In this document: positions 19,501 through 26,459 of the stretch, piece after piece
How the letters are laid out: every line of letters starts with the position of its first letter
Position numbering within the stretch: the first letter of the stretch is position 1
Source: an uncultured bacterium
Lineage (GTDB): Bacteria; Omnitrophota; Omnitrophia; Omnitrophales; CAZLUT01
Assembly: GCA_964562805.1 (NCBI GenBank)
Contig: CAZLUT010000001.1
Coordinates: 32,574-96,573, forward strand
Reading direction: 5' to 3'
DNA: 64,000 bases
Notes under the pieces: model-generated
Databases searched by the model: none
Seen by the model: only the letters and a program-made list of their open reading frames with translations
Told to the model about the DNA's origin: nothing
Made by a program: the position numbers and the translations under genes

Positions 19501-22500
19501 ATTCTCAAACCTATCCGTGCCCGGCGGCAAGAGTCTTATTAATTTGCTGAAGCAATTTGGAATTTATGAGGATGCTGATACCGGCATTCAGGTGAATGAC
19601 CTTCGCGTGAATGAAATTGTTACTAATGATGAAAAAATCAATCAAATTATCCGTAAAGAAGGCGAGTTTGCTTCCCGTGCGAAGAGCTTGGGAGAAGAAA
19701 CAAAAATTTTCGAAGATTGGCTGGAAATGTGGAGCGAGATTTATGAAAGAAAATTAACTATTAATTTTAAACCGCCTGAATTTGAAGAATCTGGATTTCT
19801 TACTTTAGAAAATAGGCTTGGTAAGATGGCCGCAGAAATTCAGTATCGTTATTCAGTTAGAGACCCGGTGGCTGGCGATCTAATAACAATAATTGATCAA
19901 AGCACAGCAACAGATTACCAGAGAAAGAGAATCATGACTTTGATGCATTTATTTTTATTAGATTATTACCCCAAAGTTCGAACTGTTGAATTTGATGGAC
20001 TTTCTGATCATGGTGAAAGTCTTGCGGAAACATTAAAGCAATTTGGAATTTATTATCCTATTGGCGATAAATTTCAAGTGGTTGGGCGTCGTTTGGATGA
20101 AATCGTTGCTTTTAACGAAAATATCAAACAAATCATCGCGAAAGAAGGTGAATTTGTTTCGCGCGGAAAAAGTTTGGGTAGAGGAATGGAGTTTGTCGAT
20201 CCTAAGTACCTCACCTTGAGCCCAGAATTAAGAAGAACAAAAGATTTTAATTTTAAACTTTTAAATGAATTATCTGAGACAGAGAGAGAAGAATTGATAC
20301 AGCTTATCATGGGATTTCTGGAGGTCAAAGGTAAGATCGGCAGAATAAAAGCCATGCGGCGATTAAGTAAATTTAAGGCCCCACGCTCCTTTGAGGTCGT
20401 GGCCTTCAAGAACAATGAAGCAGTTGGTTATACCAACGCTTATTTTACGGATCAAATTTTTATTCCTAGAGAAGTATATATTACTGATATTTATGTTAAA
20501 GAGGGCGAGGCTTATCGTAGACACCGTATTGGTACAAATCTTTTTAATATTACCAAAGAGCATGCAAGAAACATTGGAGCTCAGGAGCTTATAGTTAGCG
20601 GCATTAGACAAAAATCAGAAGCCCAAGATTTTTGGAAGAAAATAGCTGAACAAAATCCGGATACTAACATCCAATATTATGGGCCTTTAAAGAAGATTTC
20701 TCGGATCGGATTGGATTTAACAAGAAACCTCCCCTCGATACCGGATGCTGAAGGATTGCCGGCTTTTGAGAAAATCGGAGCTTATGTGAACTTTGTCATG
20801 AAATTAGTGTCTGCTATTGGGAAAATTGATCAGAAGCTAACTCTTTATTTTGAAGCGAGCCCCAAGCCGCTTCCCGAGGCATGGGTGGATTGGGCAGGAC
20901 ATACTGTAAAAGAAGATTTGAGCTCTGTAGCTACCTGGCATGATGGGTTTGATACCTTATATTCGGCCGCTGCAAGGAAGAAGGAATTTAAAGAAGATCC
21001 CCGTATTCTTAATTACGTAGACAAATATATTGATTCTTTTAAAAGTTATTTTGCCCCAATCAAGAGGCTAGCTAGGGGGCATCCTTCTGATTATACGGCT
21101 GGCCTTACAAAGAAGGGTGATGAGACAGAGCCGGTTGATCGCACGCAATTGGCACGCTATTTCGCAAGAGATCTTTTTATTAATCATCCTGATGCCGAAA
21201 GCAACTGGCAGTTTTTTCAAGCCGCGGTCAGCAGCGTTGATGAAACTCTCGTCAAATTAAAATCCGCAATCAAAGAACTTGAGGAGGAGGTAGGGGCAAG
21301 AAGCTTGGGCGAAGAGGGAGTTTTGTTTCCTTCCAAAGATTTTTCAAAATACGGGATATCCGAAACTGATTCACGTTTTAACGCTATGATGCGGCCGCAG
21401 CAGATCGCCTTTTTCATGCTAATGAAACGGATGCTTAATCTTCCACCGAGAAGCATGGGCATCTATGAAGCGTCTTTTTCTGATATTTCATCTTTGTTGC
21501 TTGCGACTAATTTAGATAATGTCATCATGGTGGACAGCACTTCTTTTCACGACCCATCAAAACGACCTGATTTTTGGAGAGATAAAAAAGATGGTTTTTT
21601 ATCAAATAAGAAAATTTTCGGCTTTCTCCCAACAGAATTTTTAAAACAATATGGTGTCTATGAGGACGTAGAGCATCCTCTTATGTGGGAACTTAGTGCT
21701 ATTGGAGCAACTAATATTCGCGTTAAAAAGTATCTTAATTATAAAAACGCGTATGTGATTAACTTTTATTGGGCATATCACAATGAGGCCCCTCGCCCTC
21801 GCAAGATAATATTTTTTGAAAATACAAATACTGCGGAAGAATCTAAAAATAGGGACCTTTTATATAAGTTTTATGGCTACTATAAGGATAAAGTGAAGGT
21901 AGCTTTTTACAGAAATTCAGAAGCAATCGCGACTTCATTTCCGTTAACAGAAGCTAAAGCGCACTTTCAAAAATTGCGAGAGATATTCCCTGGCAACACT
22001 TTATTTGTGTCTAACTTTGATTTTGCCTCTTATTACGACGGCTACAAAAACAATAATCTTTTTATGGGACCAACCCCAAGGGAAAACCTGACTTCCGTTC
22101 GAGGCTTTTTAAAAGAGTTTGATGTGCAATATGGTCTGGACCCTGAGAGGGACCCTGAAGAGCTGTATATCAGCACACCGCGTTTAATAGTTGGCCAAAG
22201 CCTTGGAGAAGAGGAGATAGTTCAGCGAGTAATGTCTAATATCGGAGAATCCGAAGAGCCTTTTTACGGCATGCTTCCCGCGTCACTTCTTGAGGAATTG
22301 GCTGAAAGCGAAGGTAAGGACGTTCTAAAACAGCAGATGGAATATTTGATCGGAAACAAGGCGAATCATATTGTTATTCTGTGGGATACAGATATTCCGC
22401 GCTTTGAAAGAAATGAGTGGCTGGATAAATTGGGACTTGGTGCGCTTGGTAGCAAAAAGAATTTTATCACAACTCCTCTAAAAGCAAAGATAGATGAAAA

Positions 22501-22813
22501 GGCGCTTCAGGATCAAATAAAAGAAACTCTAAAAATATTGCTTTCAAGAGGCGTTGAAACTCGTGCAATTGGGCTGCTAAAACCATTTGATGAGCAATTT
22601 AAAGTTGATGCCCATTCATTAAAATCCAAATCACCGCAAGCGCTTCTTCTCCTGCATTACTTAGTGCAGATTGACGGTGATCTTGCGCAAGATCTGTTAA
22701 GAATCTTTTCGATTGATCCCAAGACAGGGGATTATCTGGCAGAACTCTCGAATCATCTCGAACGCCTCTTCCAAGAAGCCCGCGCTGCAGAAGCGGTGCG
22801 TAAAGCAGCGTAG
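13583..22813 (+). CDS. Giant secreted multi-module protein 2 (3076 aa), a mosaic paralogue of protein 1. Contains a receiver-like domain, a GNAT domain, two internal tandem duplications, twelve KSLG-type linkers and a conserved C-terminal module
   Basis: - The ATG overlaps the upstream stop (TAATG at 13581-13585).
- Signal peptide ...LIFCFLTTTIAVASP.
- REC-like domain 17690-18040.
- GNAT motif YRRHRIGTNLF around 20500.
- The C-terminal approximately 200 aa align with the C-terminus of protein 1 (…LHYL[IV]QIDGDL[SA]QDLLRIF…DPKTGD[FY][IL]AEL). Confidence 0.8.
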   Translation: MLSVVSKYKTFLAFIIYPLIFCFLTTTIAVASPISQIKTDTISAEKQTQERDFLEEIRQVAEELAESKEREEEIVSIGEIVEKVRGSEDQRIKAMRKEAIDRTRKVLEVTGKSWVAPSLPAVAGTEHRELSVTGKSLGRTKRHALISQAARDMPSFMKDRAKMVQRLYESIDSEEAKRILLRPDVLPVFLGIKSAYLTYDRDPLIGPLSEKVSEASEEFHDLGLVFSERYVISIDYLFDRFEKEGDFLVKEKIISKDELESFIKSGPTQETMNSIDGLLDQYHGDVPGRTILHGFLMGYPLREIIFAARSEKTWEGFVSEYGLHVVSPGTERINRLLSGWDIGTHFGYLTLSNEPDFEEMMEPSALRVFKTIEGKSLGTDEILVKLKSARRINENAREYGEMTYQEAIEVMKSLPDGLWRVEDKGELLNIFNVILATLDKAEETIFEAGGASLFYIHCTSRLEEVLGRLPQEDREAKRLELLDLVNTYINPVGEISQKAAALIKAVEGSTDRYPSSFDEPDASYDELLPKLISLVKSIHPNEDSRLDPYNIKIKALETIDAIVHSGFISDFREIIKFLLAELKKIDDPRNIRTSLVEAIAGVLISILYKQNNLKYEYGGIDQATNVNWALRRTLGAEGGRGTISLFEAFGSFGDVNKIVKRLSQNFEKATTQKQKEKALKAAVKEIDAYGEFLQNEYEISRVLDLLEFGFDKKLSKDQKLNKALHKISNVKSFREALKDLLDSVTLPDKLSNLGTGLFKVLSSIIQDFTEKALLTDDSKELKTILRNTIQKMEEYQNFLAAKVAREEGLEEEAEGKKRAPPEEEIFRAEAKSMGAAYLMVAIKSEPALAIKENFEIVLEEIHDASPRSAREALEAIPFFIKANPKLATKEVLKNILNRLFLGYWDDEPLKPDSSVYLITPNIFILRSFYAADRKLFNNELFEIVKKSADDSNKDAVDMALPFFASNMFGIDIDFETLRPLELAISEIFALIGKEVFVSEESTKHLESILISLSEQLAVTEDEVERGKIILDTFNKMLELQEFMKLQKARARGTLRAEDEKKEVSEDEIFRETPSLSAEAGAMRPAPRVTGKSLGAAYLIDAIKSEPSLAVEANFKKVLKEIQNPEHKEARKALRAIPFFIKANPKLATKKALRNILMKLFWGYWFYGKPSAVDQPIYLVKPNLYVLRSFYEADRKLFDDELYEIVKKIAHDTQRDIEDVVAAVLPFFISSMFGIDIDFETFKHLERAISQTLEILGNEVFVSEESTRHLRSIIISFSEQLAAIEDEAEQEQIVLDTFGKVLELQDFLKAKKERAKGLELGVEGKERTPPEDEIFREAPRAEAKSLGMEDEIIKVIQEALHVKIERHIRTKLIAEDDEDIQKIYKRAFEQLARDDITVLYFPHRRAAINYLRDYGDEVDLIFADRAMDDRDEIDERIKERLPLDIDDGTLLVKQARSRLNLNIPVIFISSTIYNQDELDQFGNATQLPKQYLDATTLEHLIQKLIQILPELPEPPSVEELTPAERMQAHIQYLRELFEFLGPLKKSTIKVIKKKALQSTTWYSWLSHGFQNELLSIEISMRRARARKERGQTISSDTLRNLKESYEKMERSFVIVDRLTRPYRPEYLAMLTETGSEASPIPHPKLPLYFSKAVFEDHPNEANNRKIFQATAPIIDSTLKKLGEAVDEYVREAGGAPGVTAASLGGIADIISPEEAAPLRMELEEGLIDDKARLNYPIQQILLHQDIQQKNKEIAWLIKVRADHFPILSQHVDELIRFVNDNPDWMPSNGLELLIFRLFAGHSYSDLNRESLAAFDEALPPVVRLLRNFDIKNLVKRGVTTDREIYPLKVSSYFINDASEIRKLGKTAQDIIKRAEAKSLGEETQIFEDWLKAWGDVYGEKLAINFEPAPLGGLGFFGLKDEAGEKVAGIFYSYLNENLIKIGLQSTADNYRRKRLMTLVHLFLLNYHPKVTAVEFSNLSVPGGKSLINLLKQFGIYEDADTGIQVNDLRVNEIVTNDEKINQIIRKEGEFASRAKSLGEETKIFEDWLEMWSEIYERKLTINFKPPEFEESGFLTLENRLGKMAAEIQYRYSVRDPVAGDLITIIDQSTATDYQRKRIMTLMHLFLLDYYPKVRTVEFDGLSDHGESLAETLKQFGIYYPIGDKFQVVGRRLDEIVAFNENIKQIIAKEGEFVSRGKSLGRGMEFVDPKYLTLSPELRRTKDFNFKLLNELSETEREELIQLIMGFLEVKGKIGRIKAMRRLSKFKAPRSFEVVAFKNNEAVGYTNAYFTDQIFIPREVYITDIYVKEGEAYRRHRIGTNLFNITKEHARNIGAQELIVSGIRQKSEAQDFWKKIAEQNPDTNIQYYGPLKKISRIGLDLTRNLPSIPDAEGLPAFEKIGAYVNFVMKLVSAIGKIDQKLTLYFEASPKPLPEAWVDWAGHTVKEDLSSVATWHDGFDTLYSAAARKKEFKEDPRILNYVDKYIDSFKSYFAPIKRLARGHPSDYTAGLTKKGDETEPVDRTQLARYFARDLFINHPDAESNWQFFQAAVSSVDETLVKLKSAIKELEEEVGARSLGEEGVLFPSKDFSKYGISETDSRFNAMMRPQQIAFFMLMKRMLNLPPRSMGIYEASFSDISSLLLATNLDNVIMVDSTSFHDPSKRPDFWRDKKDGFLSNKKIFGFLPTEFLKQYGVYEDVEHPLMWELSAIGATNIRVKKYLNYKNAYVINFYWAYHNEAPRPRKIIFFENTNTAEESKNRDLLYKFYGYYKDKVKVAFYRNSEAIATSFPLTEAKAHFQKLREIFPGNTLFVSNFDFASYYDGYKNNNLFMGPTPRENLTSVRGFLKEFDVQYGLDPERDPEELYISTPRLIVGQSLGEEEIVQRVMSNIGESEEPFYGMLPASLLEELAESEGKDVLKQQMEYLIGNKANHIVILWDTDIPRFERNEWLDKLGLGALGSKKNFITTPLKAKIDEKALQDQIKETLKILLSRGVETRAIGLLKPFDEQFKVDAHSLKSKSPQALLLLHYLVQIDGDLAQDLLRIFSIDPKTGDYLAELSNHLERLFQEARAAEAVRKAA
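16064..17620 (+). repeat. Intragenic tandem duplication in giant gene 2 (two units of about 780 nt, each about 260 aa; roughly 65-70% aa identity by eye)
   Basis: Unit 1 at 16064-16843 (AEAKSMGAAYLMVAIKSEPALA...IPFFIKANPKLATK...FGIDIDFET...) parallels unit 2 at 16844-17620 (VTGKSLGAAYLIDAIKSEPSLA...IPFFIKANPKLATK...FGIDIDFET...). Confidence 0.8.
19199..20164 (+). repeat. Second intragenic tandem duplication in giant gene 2 (two units of about 160 aa)
   Basis: 19199-19678 (AEAKSLGEETQIFEDWLKAW...YRRKRLMTLVHLFLLNYHPKV...LKQFGIY...) parallels 19679-20164 (RAKSLGEETKIFEDWLEMW...YQRKRIMTLMHLFLLDYYPKV...LKQFGIY...). Confidence 0.8.
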
Positions 22814-22827
22814 GCGCTATACGATCG

Positions 22828-22990
22828 GAATACACAAATCCCAATACACAAACTACAAGCAAATTAAAATACAGAAATTAAAAATTCGAAACAGAGAGGA
22901 ATTTTTGTAAAGACTTTTACGGTTTTAAATTTCTTATTTGTTTATTTTAATTTGTTTGTAATTTGGAATTTGTATATTGGAATTTGTTTA
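22828..22990. repeat. Long imperfect inverted repeat (arms about 55 nt, AC-rich ATACACAAA units) between the giant-gene stop and ychF
   Basis: Left arm 22828-22885 (ATACACAAATCCCAATACACAAACTACAAGCAAATTAAAATACAGAAATTAAAAA) pairs approximately with the reverse complement of 22925-22990 (ACAAATTCCAATATACAAATTCCAAATTACAAACAAATTAAAATAAACAAATAAG). Confidence 0.45.
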
Positions 22991-23035
22991 TGAATTGCAT
23001 GTTGGCATTTAAGAAACATTTGATAGAATTTGCTC

Positions 23036-24130
23036 ATGGGATTCAAATGCGGAATAGTCGGCTTACCAAATGTCGGCAAATCAACTCTTTTTAACGCAAT
23101 GACTCGGGCAGGCGCCGAGATTGCGAATTATCCTTTTTGTACTATCGATAAAAATGTAGGCATCGTACCTGTTCCCGATGAAAGACTCACACGCTTAGCC
23201 GAAATATATCAGCCCAAAAAAATTACACCTACTATCATCGAAGTGGTTGATATTGCAGGTCTTGTAAAGGGTGCTTCTGAGGGTGCTGGGTTAGGAAATC
23301 AGTTTTTAGGAAACATTCGTGAAGTGGACGCAATATTTCATGTCGTAAGATGTTTTGAAGATCCGGATGTGGTTCACTCCTCAGGCAAGGTTGATCCGAT
23401 TGATGATATCGGGATTATTAATACCGAACTTTGCCTCAAAGATATGGAGACCCTTACCAAAAGAACTGACAAAACAGGAAAACTTGCAAGAAGCGGCGAT
23501 AAAGAAAGTTCGGCTCAAATGGAAGTGTTCGAAAAGGTCAAAAAAGGCTTAGAGGATGGCATCCCGGTAAGACTTCTTAATTTAACAAAAGAAGAAAAAG
23601 AAAAAATCAAAGAACTCTCGCTTTTAACATCAAAACCTGTTCTTTACTGCTGTAATGTAAGCGATACTGATCTTCCCGAAGGTGGCGAGCTAGTTAGTAA
23701 GGTTAAAGAATACGCGGCTAAAGAAAATTCAGGGGTAGCTGTTATTTCAGCCAAAATTGAAGCTGAAATCGTTGAACTAACGGAAGAAGAAAAGAAGGAA
23801 TATCTGAAATCTTTTAATTTAAAAGAATCAGGCCTCGACCATATGGCGCGCGAAGGATATAAGCTTTTGGAACTCATTACTTTTCTTACGGGCGGTCCGA
23901 CTGAAGTCCGTGCTTGGACGGTGCATAAAGGCGCCACGGCTCCGCAGGCTGCCGGAGTTATTCATTCGGATTTTGAGCGGGGATTTATCAGAGCCGAAAC
24001 CATGAAATTTGAAGATTTGGATAAACTGGGCAGCGAGCCTGCCGTTAAAGAAAAAGGCTCCTATCGAACCGAAGGCAAAGAGTACATTATTCAGGACGGA
24101 GACGTGGTGTTTTTTAGATTCAACGTTTAA
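23036..24130 (+). CDS. ychF: Ribosome-binding ATPase YchF (Obg-family GTPase with TGS domain)
   Basis: N-terminus MGFKCGIVGLPNVGKSTLFNA is near-identical to the canonical YchF G1 region; C-terminal TGS domain. ATG at 23036 preferred over the TTG at 23030. Confidence 0.9.
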   Translation: MGFKCGIVGLPNVGKSTLFNAMTRAGAEIANYPFCTIDKNVGIVPVPDERLTRLAEIYQPKKITPTIIEVVDIAGLVKGASEGAGLGNQFLGNIREVDAIFHVVRCFEDPDVVHSSGKVDPIDDIGIINTELCLKDMETLTKRTDKTGKLARSGDKESSAQMEVFEKVKKGLEDGIPVRLLNLTKEEKEKIKELSLLTSKPVLYCCNVSDTDLPEGGELVSKVKEYAAKENSGVAVISAKIEAEIVELTEEEKKEYLKSFNLKESGLDHMAREGYKLLELITFLTGGPTEVRAWTVHKGATAPQAAGVIHSDFERGFIRAETMKFEDLDKLGSEPAVKEKGSYRTEGKEYIIQDGDVVFFRFNV

Positions 24131-24153
24131 CTTAGATAACAGGTAACAATATC

Positions 24154-25026
24154 ATGATAATTTTTTGGATTATTTTCTCCCTCATTATTCTTTTCACTCT
24201 GGCTATTATTTATGGCGTTTTCATTGAACCTAAGTGGTTTTTTCTTTCCCGTTACAATATAAAAGTTGATAAACCTTTGCCGCAACCTTTAAAAATTCTT
24301 CATTTATCCGACACGCATTTTCATCCTAAAAACCGGCATATTGATAAAATGTTTGATAAGCTGGAAAAACTTAAAGATGAAATCGATATTGTTTTTTTAA
24401 CGGGAGATATCATCGATAATGATAACGGCATTGAATTAGCCAAAGCGCAATTGAGCCGGCTTAAGCCCAATTGCGGAATTTATGCTGTTTTGGGCAACCA
24501 CGATCATTTCTGGTACGGCTATCGGGAACTTTTAAGGCTATTTTTTTGGCTTCAGACACCAAAAGCTAAAAATGATATCAAACGTTTAAAAACAACTTTA
24601 GAATTAATTGGCTGTCATATTTTGGTGAACGAAGTTCGAACAGTTTCTTTTTACGGAACTAATATTCTAATCGCGGGTTTGGATGATCCGGTAACAAGAC
24701 AAGATAATCCGGAGAATATAGCGCCCTCAGAAGACCCTAAGCAGCTAAGAGTATTGCTGGTTCATTTATTGGATGCATTTCATAAAGTTATTAATCATCA
24801 TTACGACTTAGCCTTTTCAGGCCATACCCACGGTGGGCAAGTCCGAATTCCTTTCTTAGGGCCGGTTGTTACGCATTCAAAATTACATCGGAAATTTACC
24901 TCGGGCCTTAACCGAATTAATGGCACTCAGATTTTTACTTCCAGAGGAATCGGAACCAGTCCGCAGGCCCGATCTCGGCTTTTTTGTCATCCCGAAGCAA
25001 CTATTATTACTGTTCAAGGGAACTAA
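24154..25026 (+). CDS. Membrane-anchored metallophosphoesterase (calcineurin-like)
   Basis: N-terminal TM helix; phosphoesterase motifs LSDTHF, LTGDIIDN, LGNHD, GHTHGGQ. Confidence 0.8.
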   Translation: MIIFWIIFSLIILFTLAIIYGVFIEPKWFFLSRYNIKVDKPLPQPLKILHLSDTHFHPKNRHIDKMFDKLEKLKDEIDIVFLTGDIIDNDNGIELAKAQLSRLKPNCGIYAVLGNHDHFWYGYRELLRLFFWLQTPKAKNDIKRLKTTLELIGCHILVNEVRTVSFYGTNILIAGLDDPVTRQDNPENIAPSEDPKQLRVLLVHLLDAFHKVINHHYDLAFSGHTHGGQVRIPFLGPVVTHSKLHRKFTSGLNRINGTQIFTSRGIGTSPQARSRLFCHPEATIITVQGN

Positions 25027-25050
25027 CGGTTAAATAAGGAGAAGAAAAAG

Positions 25051-25428
25051 ATGAAAAGAATGCTTCCATTATTACTATTGCCGCTTTTACTATCTCTTTC
25101 CGGCTGCATACTTTTAATAGCAGGGGGAGCCGCAACAGGGGGGTATGCTTTAAGCACTGATTCAGCGGAAGGTATTATTGATTCACCCTATGATGAGGTT
25201 TGGGAAGCTGCTGTAACGGTTTTTGAAGACGATGGTATTATTGAGCTTCAAGATGAAAAGCACGGCCGTTTGGAGGCTGAGGTTGACTCAATTGATATGA
25301 AAGTTCAAATAGACGCGATTGGGAAGGAAAGCACTAAGCTCAAAGTAACAGCGCGAAAATACATGATGCCCAAGGCAAAACAGGCCGAAAAAGAGTTTGT
25401 CAGGATTTCTGAGCTCTTAAAAAAATAA
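25051..25428 (+). CDS. Lipoprotein, function unknown
   Basis: Signal peptide with lipobox LSLSGC; AGGAGAAGAAAAAG box upstream. Confidence 0.55.
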   Translation: MKRMLPLLLLPLLLSLSGCILLIAGGAATGGYALSTDSAEGIIDSPYDEVWEAAVTVFEDDGIIELQDEKHGRLEAEVDSIDMKVQIDAIGKESTKLKVTARKYMMPKAKQAEKEFVRISELLKK

Positions 25429-25529
25429 TGCTTAATATTCAATTGACTCTGGCCGATATGTTCTGTAACCTTTTCTGTAAGGTTACGGAGTAATATTTTT
25501 TGTTTAACAGAATAAAGAGGAGGAAATTC

Positions 25530-25871
25530 ATGAAGAAGGTTTTAGCACTGGTTGCGGTAGTGGCGCTAGTTTTTGCAGTCGCTCCTGCATTTGCCCAGGT
25601 TCCAGAACCTGTTGTTAACGAAGATCCGACATTAGAATCCTATGGATCTAAGTCTGCTTCTAAGCTTGCTTATGGTGCTTCTAATGCTCTTTTGGGCTGG
25701 ACTCAACCATTCCAAGATTTTCGTAACAATGACGGCGCCAAAGGCCCAATCCAAGTTTGGGTTGAAGGTATTGGAAATGGTATCGTTCGCACAGCCGCTG
25801 GTGTTGCTCAAGTTTTGACATCAGTTGTTCCTAGTGTTGAATGGGAAGGTAACGCTGAACAAACCGTATAA
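25530..25871 (+). CDS. Small secreted protein (about 113 aa), function unknown
   Basis: Strong SD AGGAGG 7 nt upstream of the ATG at 25530 (the ORF-track start at 25500 lacks one); signal peptide MKKVLALVAVVALVFAVAPAFAQ; followed by a strong intrinsic terminator. Confidence 0.5.
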   Translation: MKKVLALVAVVALVFAVAPAFAQVPEPVVNEDPTLESYGSKSASKLAYGASNALLGWTQPFQDFRNNDGAKGPIQVWVEGIGNGIVRTAAGVAQVLTSVVPSVEWEGNAEQTV

Positions 25872-25889
25872 TTTCTAGCTTTGTTTATA

Positions 25890-25925
25890 AAAACCCCTGT
25901 CCTTCGGGACAGGGGTTTTTTTTTG
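25890..25925 (+). terminator. Rho-independent terminator
   Basis: CCCCTGTCC-TTCG-GGACAGGGG stem followed by T9. Confidence 0.8.
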
Positions 25926-25940
25926 ACTTTTCTGCTTATT

Positions 25941-25970
25941 AACCACTATTCACTAACCACTAACCACTAG
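25941..25970. repeat. Intergenic repeat family copy B (AACCACTATTCACTAACCACTAACCACTAG)
   Basis: Reverse complement contains the core TAGTGGTTAGTGAATAGTGGTT shared with copies C, E and F. Confidence 0.6.
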
Positions 25971-26010
25971 TTCTTGACTCTCCCCCCACTCATCCATAAA
26001 CTTCTTATCT

Positions 26011-26427
26011 ATGAAAGTTCAAATCTATACAGATGGCGGGGCTCGCGGCAATCCGGGACCTGCGGCTTGGGGCTATCTTATTGTAGGGCCAAAAGGTGAA
26101 CTCGACCGGAGGGCGGGTTTTATTGGGGCCAACACCAATAATGTAGCCGAATATACCGGGATTATAGAAGCCTTCCAGAGAGCTAGGGAGCTTAAAGTAA
26201 ACGAGGTAGATCTTTTTACCGATAGCCAGCTTGCTTGCCGGCAGCTGTTGGGTGAATATAGGGTAAAACAGCCTCATTTAAAGCTTTTGTTTGAAAAAGT
26301 ACGTATTTTAGCGACTCATTTTAATAAAGTGACATATGCGCACGTTCCGAGGGAAAACGCTAATATACAAATCGCGGACGGACTGGTTAATGAAGCGCTA
26401 GATGAACAAACGGGGGGTATGGTCTAA
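26011..26427 (+). CDS. rnhA: Ribonuclease H (type 1) family protein
   Basis: YTDGG...TNNVAEY...LFTDSQL...ADGL spacing matches the RNase HI DEDD catalytic residues. Confidence 0.65.
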   Translation: MKVQIYTDGGARGNPGPAAWGYLIVGPKGELDRRAGFIGANTNNVAEYTGIIEAFQRARELKVNEVDLFTDSQLACRQLLGEYRVKQPHLKLLFEKVRILATHFNKVTYAHVPRENANIQIADGLVNEALDEQTGGMV

Positions 26428-26459
26428 GTTCTCAGATCTTAGATCTAAAATCTATTTTT

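Noticed and set aside
13900-22220. Periodic short conserved motif (about 18 nt) recurring along 17 kb; considered a CRISPR-like or tandem DNA repeat
   Set aside because: The recurrences are irregularly spaced (75 nt to 1.5 kb) and lie inside one continuous ORF. They are conserved at amino-acid level and not nucleotide level. There is no repeat-spacer regularity and no cas genes.
5465-22862. Numerous 60-160 aa minus-strand and alternate-frame ORFs inside the giant genes (for example 16475-16960, 8373-8633, 20074-20415)
   Set aside because: They are fully embedded in long conserved-looking coding frames with clear domain content on the + strand. They are antisense artefacts.
25440-26010. Sigma-70 promoters (TTGACTCT -35-like boxes at 25443 and 25973)
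   Set aside because: The -35 hexamers are good, but I could not find convincing -10 elements at 16-18 nt spacing, so I did not report them as features.
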